Sequence record: SRR20825006_2952
Reading direction: 5' to 3' (one strand)
Length of the DNA stretch: 48,674 bases
Under the pieces are notes generated by a model. That model made no database searches. It was not told the origin of the DNA and was given only the letters and a program-made list of their open reading frames with translations. Positions 9,385 to 19,576 of the stretch are shown in pieces (positions within the stretch are counted from its first letter, which is position 1; each line of letters starts with the position of its first letter). A program made the position numbers and the translations under genes.

Positions 9385-10632
9385 TTAAGCTATTTCTTTT
9401 TTATTTAATTTTTTTTTGGTAGAAAAAAGGCAATCAACACGTTCCATTACCTCTAATGCAGCTCTTCCATTGTGATATGGCCCTTTCCAAGACCGAACCT
9501 TATCCATTTCTTTATAAGGTTCGCCTTCTTGATTTACTTTTTCAAACCACTCGCCGTAGGTATAATCAATCATGTAATTTTTGATAAAATCCCAGCTATT
9601 AAAAGAGGCTTGCAAAAATTCTTTTCTTCCAGAAATCTCGTAAGCATTTAGAAACCCAATAACAGCTTCCGCTTGTGGCCACCAATCTTTGTCTGAATCA
9701 GTAATTCCAGACAGATTAGCTTCGTTGATAAGCCCACCATCCTTATCAATGCCATTACTGATAACAGACTCTGCTACAGAAATTGCTATCGTGTTCACTT
9801 TATCAAGAAGGCTTTTATCATCCAAAACATTTACAGCCTCACAAAGAAGCCAAGTTGTTTCTATATCATGTCCGAATGAAATGATATCCGATTTTGGAGT
9901 CCAATCTAAATCCATAAAATTAATCATCGCCGTAGTGGACTCATTCACAATTTTATCTATAAAAATCTGAACCAACGTAGTTAGTTGTTCTTTTAATTGT
10001 GCATTTGGCCAAACTCGATAAAGGTTGGTGTAGCCTTCCAAAATATGAAGATGCGTATTCATACTTTTGGGTTCGTTTTCATCCTTGTCGCTAAGCCTAA
10101 CATCTTCAATCAGTTTCCATTCACAGCTAAAGGCTTCAAAATAGCCGCCATTCTCAGTATCTGCTGCGTGTTTTTCGATGAGGTTATATAAAGCTATGGC
10201 ATGGTTTAGAGCTTCTTCATCCTTCACAGCTAAGTAATATTCTGATAAACTATAAATTGAGAAAGCTTGGGCATAAACGTGTTTACGATCTTCAGAAGGT
10301 TTACCACTTGCATCTACCATCCAAAAAGTTCCACCGTGTTCTTTATCGATAAAATGGTCTTTTAGATACGAATATGCTCTATCTGCGGCTAGTTTATACT
10401 CCTCATTTCCAAAAGCTTTATACGCTGCCGAAAAAGTCCATAAGATTCTAGAATGTAGAATTCCACCTTTCGGATCGTCGAACTGGGGGACGTTATCGCA
10501 ATTAATGCTTCCCACATATCCACCATTTTTTTCATCTATGGTATTATTTAACCAGTAATAAAGGATATTCTCTGTGAGTTCGTTTTTGAACTCTGCCTTT
10601 AGCTTTATGAGAATTTCAGTTTCTTTCATCAA
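9385..10632 (-). CDS. Cellobiose/mannobiose 2-epimerase (AGE superfamily)
   Basis: RILWTFS, YAQAFSIY, KSMNTHLHILE, SFGHDIE, WWPQAE, WKGPYHNGR; adjacent to the GH130 MGP as in the Bacteroides fragilis/Rhodothermus mannan pathway. Confidence 0.93.
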   Translation of the reverse strand: MMKETEILIKLKAEFKNELTENILYYWLNNTIDEKNGGYVGSINCDNVPQFDDPKGGILHSRILWTFSAAYKAFGNEEYKLAADRAYSYLKDHFIDKEHGGTFWMVDASGKPSEDRKHVYAQAFSIYSLSEYYLAVKDEEALNHAIALYNLIEKHAADTENGGYFEAFSCEWKLIEDVRLSDKDENEPKSMNTHLHILEGYTNLYRVWPNAQLKEQLTTLVQIFIDKIVNESTTAMINFMDLDWTPKSDIISFGHDIETTWLLCEAVNVLDDKSLLDKVNTIAISVAESVISNGIDKDGGLINEANLSGITDSDKDWWPQAEAVIGFLNAYEISGRKEFLQASFNSWDFIKNYMIDYTYGEWFEKVNQEGEPYKEMDKVRSWKGPYHNGRAALEVMERVDCLFSTKKKLNKKEIA

Positions 10633-10638
10633 CCTCTT

Positions 10639-11814
10639 TTAAATTAAACCCTTATTATTTTCAACTATCTTTAGAATGCTTTCAACACTTGTATAAGCTC
10701 TCAACCCATCTTCTGGGGTATTCATAGCATAATCTAATAGCTGCGCTACAGAAGTTTTTGCTACATGAAGACGAGTATCAGATGATGCGTAATAGATGTA
10801 GATAGAACCATCAGCATCTTCAATCCAGCCATTACTAAAAACTACATTAGAAACATCCCCAACTCTTTCTTCACCTTTTGGGGCAATTAAATGTCCGCCG
10901 GGGCTGTAAGTGAGCTTCCAAGGTTCTTTTAAATCTGTCATAAAAAGGTAGAGCACATAACGTAAACCAGCAGCGGTGTTTCTAACGCCATGAGCTAAAT
11001 GTAGCCAACCTTTCTCGGTTTTTATCGGAGCCGGTCCTTGTCCATTTTTAACTTCTTTAATGGTATGATAAATCCGTTGATCTATCACCAACTCATCTTC
11101 AACTACTGCATTTTCCATTGAATCGGCAAGTGCCCAGCCAATACCGCCACCTGAGCCGGCATCTATAAATCCATCTTGTGGTCGAGTATAGAGTGCGTAT
11201 TTCCCATCAACAAACTCTGGATGTAATACTACATTTCGCTGTTGTTCTGAATTCGTTTTTAAATCAGGAAGACGTTCCCAATGTTCTAAATCTTTGGTTC
11301 GTACAATACCAGCTTGGGCAATCGCGCTACTAGTATCGCTTGCCGGAACTCGTGTATCTTTACGTTCGGTACAGAAAATGCCATAAATCCAACCATCTTC
11401 ATGCTTTGTTAAACGCATATCATACAGGTTGGTATCCTGAATATCCGTTTCGGGAATTAAAATAGGAGCATTTCTAAATACAAAACCTTCGGTTGGGTTA
11501 TCACTTTCGGCAATCGCAAAAAATGACTTTCTGTCGTTTCCTTCTACACGAACCGCTAACACATACTTTTCGTCAAACTTAATCGCACCAGAGTTGAACG
11601 TGGCGTTTATGCCAAAGCGCTCCATCAAAAATGGATTTGTTTGCGGGTTGAAATCATAACGCCAGTTCAGTGGAGCATGATCTGCGGTTAAAACTGGATG
11701 CTGGTATTTGGTATAAATCCCATTACCAAGTGTTTCTGCTGTATTCTTCTGAGATAAGAGCGTTTGGTGTTGCTCAAGTAATGATTCTTTTCTTTGATTA
11801 AATAGTTCTGACAT
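10639..11814 (-). CDS. GH130 4-O-beta-D-mannosyl-D-glucose phosphorylase
   Basis: [83 protein letters not shown]. Confidence 0.94.
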   Translation of the reverse strand: MSELFNQRKESLLEQHQTLLSQKNTAETLGNGIYTKYQHPVLTADHAPLNWRYDFNPQTNPFLMERFGINATFNSGAIKFDEKYVLAVRVEGNDRKSFFAIAESDNPTEGFVFRNAPILIPETDIQDTNLYDMRLTKHEDGWIYGIFCTERKDTRVPASDTSSAIAQAGIVRTKDLEHWERLPDLKTNSEQQRNVVLHPEFVDGKYALYTRPQDGFIDAGSGGGIGWALADSMENAVVEDELVIDQRIYHTIKEVKNGQGPAPIKTEKGWLHLAHGVRNTAAGLRYVLYLFMTDLKEPWKLTYSPGGHLIAPKGEERVGDVSNVVFSNGWIEDADGSIYIYYASSDTRLHVAKTSVAQLLDYAMNTPEDGLRAYTSVESILKIVENNKGLI

Positions 11815-11848
11815 TTTTATATAACTCTTACAATGAAATACGGGTTGC

Positions 11849-13681
11849 TCAATTATCTTGCGGTAATTTGTCGTACCAAGTTCTTTTTAGGATGTAGGTA
11901 GTAATTAGGATTACAATAACTGTAATCGATAATGGCACTACTTTCATCAGTATTAAATAAATAGGGAAAGCCACTAAAGCTGTTTGCCAAATGATACCAA
12001 TCCCCACATTGAACATATCTTTTTTGAAGGATGTGTTTTTATCAAATGCTGGGTCTTCAGCCACAACTAGGTTGTGAATTGGTTTCCAGAAACCCCAAGG
12101 GCGCACATTTTTATAGAATTTTTTAAGTACTTCTTCTTCAACTGGTGGTGCGGAGTATGTTCCAATCAAACAGGCAATTACAGAGATAAGAAGCATTAAT
12201 GGGAACGTGTATGTATCCAATATACCATCAAAGATAAACCGGAAGGTCAGAGCTGGAATTAATCCCCCTACCATTCCCCAGAAAAAGCCGCTACCATTAA
12301 ATCGCCACCAATACCATTTAAGGATATTTGCAGCTACATAACTCCCGTAAAGCCCACCTACAATCCATTGCAATACATCGTTAACATCTTTTGCAAAAAA
12401 GCCGAATACCACACTAATGGCAACCATCAATAAACCCGCCACGTAGTTAATGCTCTTTATTTTGAGATTATCTGCTTTCGGGTTGATGTATTTGAGATAA
12501 ATATCGTTTACGATATAGGCTTGAGTAGCATTAAGTGTTCCTGCAAAAGTGGACATAAACGCTGCTAGAAGTCCTGCAAGTAACAGGCCAAGGAATCCTA
12601 CAGGCACAAACTGATTAATTGCTGACGGCAGAATTTGTTCAAAATCTAAACCACGTCCAGGTACTATCAAATCTAACTGATCATAAAATATGAGGCCTAG
12701 CACTGCGAAACCTGCAATCATAAAATAGCGGATTGGCATAAGAATAAGAGAAACTGAACCACTCATTAACGCTGCTTCTCTTTCCGACTTTGTAGAAAGG
12801 ATTTTCTGCATATCGTAATTTGGTGCCGGGCCAGCCAAACTTACTAACACTCCTTTAAAAATCATCATCATGAAAAGAGCACCAAAAAGAGTGTAACCAT
12901 CCTCTGCAATTTTCTGATTGGCTTCAGTAATTATTCCAGTCCAATCTAGTGTTAGCTCCCAACCAAAAAATGGATTGAGCCAACCATCTGGAATAACCAA
13001 TGTATTAGCAGCTAGAGCGTTCATAGCTATTATTCCAATTACGATACCAGACACGGCCATAATTAGATATTGTACTACATCAGCCCAAACAATACTTAGC
13101 ATCCCTCCCATTAAGGAATAGAAGATGGCAAAGCAAGTGAATATAATTCCATAGAAATGAGGTACGTATTCTAATGGAATGTTAAAAGGGATGTATTGGC
13201 TTAAAAATTCCCAGGGGATAAATATTTCAACAAATTTTCCTAGACCGATAAAGCCGTAAGTAAGGTAACCTAGCCCCATTATCAGGGCAAAGATAACTAC
13301 AATAATGTGAGATTGTTCGGATCCTTTTTTGGTTCCAAACCGCGTTTTAATCCACTCTGCCCCAGTTGTTACGTTAGATCGACGTAACCAGACAGAAAGG
13401 AACATCATCAAGAATATCTGATTAAAAACAGGCCATAGCCAAGGCAGCCAAATGCTTTTAACACCATAAACAAAAAGAATGGTAACGAGCCAAACAGTTC
13501 CTGAAATATCGAACATGCCCGAAGCGTTTGAGAGCCCTAACATATACCACGGAATTTCATTTCCTCCGAGTAAATAAGAGCTTTTTGATTTTTGTGCTTT
13601 CTTTTTAAGCGCTAAGCCAATCACAATTGTAACTAGCAAATATGCTAACACAATAAGGATATCGATGAGGCTAAGTTTCAT
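11849..13681 (-). CDS. Sodium:solute symporter (probable mannobiose/manno-oligosaccharide importer)
   Basis: Many TM helices; [32 protein letters not shown]; located directly upstream of MGP and the epimerase. Confidence 0.88.
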   Translation of the reverse strand: MKLSLIDILIVLAYLLVTIVIGLALKKKAQKSKSSYLLGGNEIPWYMLGLSNASGMFDISGTVWLVTILFVYGVKSIWLPWLWPVFNQIFLMMFLSVWLRRSNVTTGAEWIKTRFGTKKGSEQSHIIVVIFALIMGLGYLTYGFIGLGKFVEIFIPWEFLSQYIPFNIPLEYVPHFYGIIFTCFAIFYSLMGGMLSIVWADVVQYLIMAVSGIVIGIIAMNALAANTLVIPDGWLNPFFGWELTLDWTGIITEANQKIAEDGYTLFGALFMMMIFKGVLVSLAGPAPNYDMQKILSTKSEREAALMSGSVSLILMPIRYFMIAGFAVLGLIFYDQLDLIVPGRGLDFEQILPSAINQFVPVGFLGLLLAGLLAAFMSTFAGTLNATQAYIVNDIYLKYINPKADNLKIKSINYVAGLLMVAISVVFGFFAKDVNDVLQWIVGGLYGSYVAANILKWYWWRFNGSGFFWGMVGGLIPALTFRFIFDGILDTYTFPLMLLISVIACLIGTYSAPPVEEEVLKKFYKNVRPWGFWKPIHNLVVAEDPAFDKNTSFKKDMFNVGIGIIWQTALVAFPIYLILMKVVPLSITVIVILITTYILKRTWYDKLPQDN

Positions 13682-13702
13682 AGGTCTAATGTGAGTGAGT
13701 TT

Positions 13703-13733
13703 AAAAAAAGGATGGTGGTTTCATCCACCATCC
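13703..13733 (-). terminator. Rho-independent terminator/stem-loop between the T9SS protein gene and the symporter gene
   Basis: Minus strand reads GGATGGTGG-ATGAAA-CCACCATCC-TTTTTTT: perfect 9-bp stem followed by a U7 tract. Confidence 0.85.
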
Positions 13734-13760
13734 AATGGTAAACATTTATGAAAAAATGAT

Positions 13761-16271
13761 TTATTTAATCAACGTCATTTTGCGTTGAGTTACAAAGCTA
13801 CCAGCTTCTAAACGGTAGAAATATACACCAGAGGCTAGGTTTCTAGCATCGAATTTTACGGTGTAAGATCCTGCTGTTCTCGCTTCATTCAACAACGATT
13901 GTACTTCTTGGCCTAGCAAGTTGTACACTTTTAAACTTACGTTTGCCGAAACAGGTAAGTTAAAGTTGATGTTAGTTGTAGGGTTAAACGGGTTAGGATA
14001 GTTTTGGCTTAAGCTAAAGCTATTTACCAAGTCGATTTCATCTTCGTTTGATACAGGTGTTAATTCACCAATAACGAAGAAATCTACTTTATCAACTTGA
14101 ATACCACCAGAAGCAGCATTAATAACTATTTCATTACTGCCTGAGCTAAAATCAAATCCGTTTAAGTTAAGTTCAGTATAAACTGAATCACCAGTTGCAG
14201 TTAGCGTTTGGTTAATAACTTCAGAACCATTCAAACTAACGGTTACATCTTTGTCACCATCAGTAAGCATATAATTTAGTTTAAGTGTATAACTACCTGT
14301 ACCATCTGAATCAAAATTCATGGTAAGAGAACCGCCATCTTTAGTATCAGCTAAGTTATCTTTACTAGCACAAATTCCGCCAGCTGGACATTGATATGAA
14401 CCACCATCGATTAATTCCGCTTCACCAGGCCATAATGTAGCAACTACATTTTCAGTACCAGCTTCTAGGATTTTAACCCATTGGTACTCCATGTAGCCCC
14501 AATTTTTCTTCAAGGCTACTTTGTTCGAGCCTTCTAAGAAAGTTACGCCACTAGCGATTGGTGTTGACCAAGTTGTACCATCTTGATCTTCTCCAAGAGT
14601 GATTACAATTGATGATCCATCATTAATAGATAAGCTTGTTGCACGGTTAGGGTTAGTATCAGAATACCAAGTTCTCTTGCTAACCTGAACATCATAATCG
14701 CCTGCAGTTGCAATATTAACATCAGCCCATTCAATAGTACCAGCTGCTTCAACACGAACTTGTTGTCTTGCTGGAGCTGCTTCTATCACTGTTCCGCCAG
14801 TAAATGTAGCTTTCTCGCCTTCAATAGTACCAGCGTAAGTAACTTCAATTACACCACCAAGTAAGCCTTTTACCAAGCTTTCTTGTGTGCTTTTATTAGC
14901 TTCCCAAGTAGCTTTTGCTGAAGGATTCCAGTTCAAATCTCCAAGTGGATGTCCACCTAAGGCAGCAGAATTCAACGTTGAATTGGTGTAAGATAAGTCC
15001 TCAGGTAGAGGCCATTGTACAGAAGTATTATCGTCCAATCTATTTGGATCCCAGTAGTATAAATGAATTGGCGAATTAGCTTGACGAATGTCAGTAATAA
15101 AATCAATTCGATCTTGGTGATTATCCGCGTACGTTGCAAATCCAGGGTCTTCGGTATCAAAATAGTTGTCTTTAACAACCATATTCTCGTTAGCATCGAA
15201 TAAATTCGTCATACGAGTGTTTAATAAAGGTTGCTTTCTAATGTCAAACGTATCGTTATCAGCAGTATAATAATCTAGATACTCTTGCTCTATGTAGAAG
15301 GCGTTATTTGCAATAGCGATTCTACGTTGGGCATCTAAACCATATTCTGAAGGAATAGTCATAATATCGAACATTCCTGAATACTGTTGATCAGTTCCAT
15401 TAAGACGTTCTTCATCCATTTGACTTTTATCTTCACCTTGCCAGAATCCGTTAAGGACTACGTTATTTGTGAAGTAAGCTTCTTTAACCCAGCGCCATAG
15501 AACAACTTGACGACCATTGTTCACAATAGTGTTTTGGTTAAACCAAACATAATTAGCTGAACCACCTTCAATTTGAAGTGTTGTAAAGCCGATGTTATGG
15601 AAAGAGTTATTTTCTACCCAAACGGTATCAACATCGCTCCAAATAGAAAGGCCACGGCCACCCCAAGGTTCATTTTCAGAAACTAAATTTCTTGAAATGT
15701 TATTGGTATAGAAGATGTCTGCATTTTTAGAGTAAATACCCATAATGCCCCATTGAGCATACTCAAATATCACATTATCAATAACAAATCTACCATCATC
15801 GTAGCGAACATCTATTACTTCATAAGGTAATGAACCTAATGTAGTTTTTCCGTTCACTATTACATCTTTAATAGTCCAATCGCCACGTATTCTAAACATT
15901 TTGGTTGGGCTTGTTGCATCTTCACGAGTTCCAATTTGTAACATCGGTGGATTATCTCCATCCTCAGGTACATCTTTTGGACCATTACCTACAATATTCA
16001 GATGCCATCCATCATTCTGAATTGTTTCACTTAGGTAGTAAAAACCGCCTTTACGTAACTGATAAACACGATTTGGGTATCGTTCACCTTGATCGTTCGT
16101 ATCCGCTTGAATTACATTGTATAGGTTGTTACTGAATGGTCCTGGTTTCTCAGCATCATACCACTCTACGAGCAGTGTATCCTGATCCTGTGCTACAACA
16201 GTTGGACTTTTCAGAACAAGCATCATACAAGCAAACAGCGATAAGCTCACTATTTTGTAGAATTGCTTCAT
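13761..16271 (-). CDS. Secreted T9SS-CTD protein: beta-helix-like N-terminal domain + two CBM6/35-like modules (putative surface glycan-binding protein)
   Basis: Signal peptide ending VVA/Q; repeated NN-rich strands (FYTNNISRN, VENNSFHN, FNQNTIVN, FTNNVVLN); GGHPLGDLNW; IEGEKA...KNWGYMEY; QNYPNPFNP...KMTLIK; strong SD AAGGAG upstream. Function is inferred. Confidence 0.7.
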   Translation of the reverse strand: MKQFYKIVSLSLFACMMLVLKSPTVVAQDQDTLLVEWYDAEKPGPFSNNLYNVIQADTNDQGERYPNRVYQLRKGGFYYLSETIQNDGWHLNIVGNGPKDVPEDGDNPPMLQIGTREDATSPTKMFRIRGDWTIKDVIVNGKTTLGSLPYEVIDVRYDDGRFVIDNVIFEYAQWGIMGIYSKNADIFYTNNISRNLVSENEPWGGRGLSIWSDVDTVWVENNSFHNIGFTTLQIEGGSANYVWFNQNTIVNNGRQVVLWRWVKEAYFTNNVVLNGFWQGEDKSQMDEERLNGTDQQYSGMFDIMTIPSEYGLDAQRRIAIANNAFYIEQEYLDYYTADNDTFDIRKQPLLNTRMTNLFDANENMVVKDNYFDTEDPGFATYADNHQDRIDFITDIRQANSPIHLYYWDPNRLDDNTSVQWPLPEDLSYTNSTLNSAALGGHPLGDLNWNPSAKATWEANKSTQESLVKGLLGGVIEVTYAGTIEGEKATFTGGTVIEAAPARQQVRVEAAGTIEWADVNIATAGDYDVQVSKRTWYSDTNPNRATSLSINDGSSIVITLGEDQDGTTWSTPIASGVTFLEGSNKVALKKNWGYMEYQWVKILEAGTENVVATLWPGEAELIDGGSYQCPAGGICASKDNLADTKDGGSLTMNFDSDGTGSYTLKLNYMLTDGDKDVTVSLNGSEVINQTLTATGDSVYTELNLNGFDFSSGSNEIVINAASGGIQVDKVDFFVIGELTPVSNEDEIDLVNSFSLSQNYPNPFNPTTNINFNLPVSANVSLKVYNLLGQEVQSLLNEARTAGSYTVKFDARNLASGVYFYRLEAGSFVTQRKMTLIK

Positions 16272-16311
16272 AATTGTCTCCTTTTATTGAGATTTGTTGT
16301 TGGTTATTTGA

Positions 16312-19296
16312 TTAAAACTTATATCGAACGCCAAGATCCATGGTGAAACCATAAAACTGTTGGTTGGTTGGATATCTGTATTTCGGTGATTGGTAAGTTT
16401 CGTCTCCTGCCCCATTTAGGTTGTTAAAATTGGCATAGACTTGAAAGTTCTTAGGTAATTGTTGCTTTAACGATACGTCAATTCGGTAGTAATCTTCTTT
16501 GAATGTATCATCGAAAGCTCCATCTCTCTCTCCCGTACTAAGTGTTGTTCCTACTTGGTAGAACAGTGAAACACGAGCTGAAAAACCTTTCACATCATAT
16601 CCTACAGTAAGATTTAAGATATCATTTGGCTGGTCTCTAAGAGTTCTAGAATAGGTTGTGTCGTTAAGTGCAAAAGTAGAAAATGGTGGTCTTCGAGGAG
16701 CTGGAACAATTGGAACTTCCTCTATTGTGAAAGAAGGGATTTCTGTTTCAGACTTAATGTGAGTGTAATTCACATTAAGTACCAAACCTTTAAATACACT
16801 TGGTAAATACCAGAAGTTAGTTTGCCAATCTAACTCGTATCCTTTTAACGTAGCTTTATTAGGGTTGTTAATAACTGTGTTTATTTTAATCGGTTTTCCA
16901 GCCGCTTCAGCTATTTCTAATTCTGGTAATATCTGCTGTCCAGGAACATCATAAAATGTAATCCCCCAGATTAAATCTTCAATTTCTTTATAGAATACAG
17001 AAGCCGTAAAAAAGCCTAACTTGTTTCTATATACTGATAACGACGCATCATAATTAATAGATTTTGAGGTTTCTAAATCTTTATTTGGCGCATTAGCGAA
17101 GTTTCCAATAAAACTAAAATAGGTTATTGGAGCAAACTCTCGGAAATCAGGTCTAGATATACTATGTGTATACGCTAAACGTAGGTTCACCCAACTTACA
17201 GGTTTAATTTGTAAGTGGACCATGGGAAGGAAAAAACTGTTAGAACGTGACGTTGAGGTATCACGATAGGCTACACTTTCTAATGGCGCCCCTAATGCTG
17301 GCTCTAATGCTGTAGAGTACTTAGCGTTATAATCGGTTTTTTCATCTTCCCAACGTACACCCGGCATTAATGTCACATAATCACCAAAGTTAATTTCAGT
17401 CATTCCATATAAAGCGCGGAACTCCTCCTCTCCTTCGTAATCTTGCCCTAAAGAACCATTACGAAAATACTTCATAAAGCCTTCGTCAATTGCTAGCTCG
17501 GTAAGCTCCCTCATATATCTCGGATCTATAGTATAACCAAGGGGATAATCACCACTTAGAAAGTTCTTATTAGAGTAACTCCCTTGAAACGCTGAAAGTG
17601 GTATTTTAGATAATCCGGCTAAATTTTTATCTGGATAAGCTGCTGCTATTATATTTCGAATACCTGAACCACCACCGTAATATGGGCCTGATCCTGAAGA
17701 TAAGTCTGTTTGGTCATTGGAACGGGTTAAGCTTCTATACTTTCCTCCAAATTTTACATACCCAACAACTTGCTTGTTGAACTGAAATGGAATTTTAACA
17801 TTGGCAAAAGCTCCAGTTTCATCTTCTTTTGTTTCTCTCCATTTTTTACTTAATCCAAAGAGACCTGTATTATCAATACTGTTATAAAACAAACCCGATA
17901 AATCTTTTGGGCTTAAAGTGTCCTCTTTGGTCGATTGCACATTTGCATTCTCTTCCATAAACTCAGATTCGTAATCTTCTGGGCTTTTACTGGATGATTG
18001 CGTATATGAAACACCTACATCATATTGAATCCAGTCAAAATCTTGCTCTACATTTATGCTATTTGCAGTGATATAAGTATCATTATAACCTTCGGTCATT
18101 CTGTACTTGTGAAGCTGTCGCTCATAATCGAGCTCATTCACTCTTGTAAAACCATCGTTAGTTAGTTTATTGTAAATACTGTTTAATACAATTTTACCTT
18201 GAGGAATTTTATAATCTATAATAGCGCTTCCACCCAAACGACTTCTTGTAAGAGACTGCTCCGTTAAAGTTAAGGTTTGAGGAATAATTATATTTTCACT
18301 ACCCACAAGCCTAGGGTCAAAACTAGCACTTAAAAAATCACCACTACGATCATACTGATCGGTGTTAAAATTGACTATTACACCCAATTTGTTATCAAAA
18401 AACCTATTCCCTAAAGAACCAACAAACTTATAGTTATTGTAGGTATTCTGAAGAGCTGTATAGCCACCCTGCATTTGAAAATCTCCAGAAAGTCCTTCTG
18501 AAGCATTTCGGATTTTAAGGTCAACCGTTCCTCCAAAAGCATCCCCATCTTTATCAGGTGTTAACGCTTTGGTTACTTCTATTCCATCTAGCATATTGCT
18601 AGAAATAAGTGATAAATCAACACTTCGGTTTTGCGTATCTGTAGAAGGAACACGCATCCCATTAATTGTAACCGTATTGTATTTAGGTGATAGCCCTCGA
18701 ATTACAATTTTATTAGCTTCCCCTCCTGAACGTTGTAAAGACACTCCTGGCAATCGCCCAATAGATTCCGCGGCATTCACATCTGGCAGCTCTGATATTC
18801 TATCTTTAGAAACAATATTAGAAATTGTATTTGATGAACGTTGTTGATTTATAGCGGCTACTTGTCCTTTAACTTGTGCAGAAACTATAACCTCCTCTCC
18901 TTCAAAACCTTTCCACTCTAGCTCAACCTCTAAATAAAAGTCTTCATCATCAGTTAGTTCAATCAGAATTTCTTTACTGTTATAGCCTATATACGACACT
19001 ACTAAAGTTTGAGTACCCGAATCAACATTGTTAATTGTAAACTCACCATCGGCATTGGTTGCATCTCCTTTAATGGTGCCTTTTATCATAACACTTGCAC
19101 CAATCAAAGGTTCTTTAGTACCCACCTCTAAAATTTTACCTTTTACTTTCGTGCTAAAAGTAACCTTTTCATTTTTTAAAAGCGCTTCCATACCCCAAAA
19201 AAAAGAAGGCGAGGCTAATACTGTAGCTGATTGAATGAATAGCAGAAATGAGAATGCGAGCAAAAATGCCTTTTTTTGGGTCTTTCCTGTGTACAT
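16312..19296 (-). CDS. TonB-dependent receptor (non-SusC type) with N-terminal carboxypeptidase-regulatory-like domain
   Basis: EPLIGASVMIKGT...SYIGY; LPDVNAAESIGRLPGVS, IRGL, IEVTKALTPDKDGDAFGGTVDLK plug; C-terminal GVRYKF. Confidence 0.92.
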   Translation of the reverse strand: MYTGKTQKKAFLLAFSFLLFIQSATVLASPSFFWGMEALLKNEKVTFSTKVKGKILEVGTKEPLIGASVMIKGTIKGDATNADGEFTINNVDSGTQTLVVSYIGYNSKEILIELTDDEDFYLEVELEWKGFEGEEVIVSAQVKGQVAAINQQRSSNTISNIVSKDRISELPDVNAAESIGRLPGVSLQRSGGEANKIVIRGLSPKYNTVTINGMRVPSTDTQNRSVDLSLISSNMLDGIEVTKALTPDKDGDAFGGTVDLKIRNASEGLSGDFQMQGGYTALQNTYNNYKFVGSLGNRFFDNKLGVIVNFNTDQYDRSGDFLSASFDPRLVGSENIIIPQTLTLTEQSLTRSRLGGSAIIDYKIPQGKIVLNSIYNKLTNDGFTRVNELDYERQLHKYRMTEGYNDTYITANSINVEQDFDWIQYDVGVSYTQSSSKSPEDYESEFMEENANVQSTKEDTLSPKDLSGLFYNSIDNTGLFGLSKKWRETKEDETGAFANVKIPFQFNKQVVGYVKFGGKYRSLTRSNDQTDLSSGSGPYYGGGSGIRNIIAAAYPDKNLAGLSKIPLSAFQGSYSNKNFLSGDYPLGYTIDPRYMRELTELAIDEGFMKYFRNGSLGQDYEGEEEFRALYGMTEINFGDYVTLMPGVRWEDEKTDYNAKYSTALEPALGAPLESVAYRDTSTSRSNSFFLPMVHLQIKPVSWVNLRLAYTHSISRPDFREFAPITYFSFIGNFANAPNKDLETSKSINYDASLSVYRNKLGFFTASVFYKEIEDLIWGITFYDVPGQQILPELEIAEAAGKPIKINTVINNPNKATLKGYELDWQTNFWYLPSVFKGLVLNVNYTHIKSETEIPSFTIEEVPIVPAPRRPPFSTFALNDTTYSRTLRDQPNDILNLTVGYDVKGFSARVSLFYQVGTTLSTGERDGAFDDTFKEDYYRIDVSLKQQLPKNFQVYANFNNLNGAGDETYQSPKYRYPTNQQFYGFTMDLGVRYKF

Positions 19297-19369
19297 AACT
19301 AGTTTTTAGGCGTTTTACAATTGGTTTTGGGCTCTATATCAGGCCAGCGCTTTTTAAGATCTGAATTAA

Positions 19370-19532
19370 TTAATCAATTCATTTTATTTATTAATCCAAC
19401 ATTAAGAAAATGAAAACTTAATTCAAAATTAATTTGTCCATTCAATTGACTTTATAATAAATAATTACAATTAGCAGGTGGATACCCACTTTTTCATATA
19501 TAAAAGATGACTTACTCAAATTATTTTAGTTA
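19370..19532. promoter_or_regulatory. Three related 21-bp imperfect palindromes, candidate ROK operators, in the divergent promoter region
   Basis: TTAATCAATTCATTTTATTTA (19370-19390), TTTGTCCATTCAATTGACTTT (19433-19453), TTACTCAAATTATTTTAGTTA (19512-19532). The background is AT-rich, so chance matches are possible. Confidence 0.45.
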
Positions 19533-19576
19533 ATTGCCTAAATTAAGATTTACCACGTAATTAGTTTTCCTTATCT

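Noticed and set aside
9409-9417. A9 tract near the 3' end of the epimerase gene as a phase-variation site
   Set aside because: It lies after all catalytic motifs, and such tracts are common in AT-rich DNA.
16312-19296. Calling the receptors SusC
   Set aside because: Neither receptor has the SusC KDA(S/A)xAIYG signature or an adjacent SusD-like lipoprotein.
19477-19494. Small hairpin GGTGG-ATAC-CCACT followed by a T run upstream of the ROK gene
   Set aside because: A 5-bp stem is too weak to call a terminator or attenuator.
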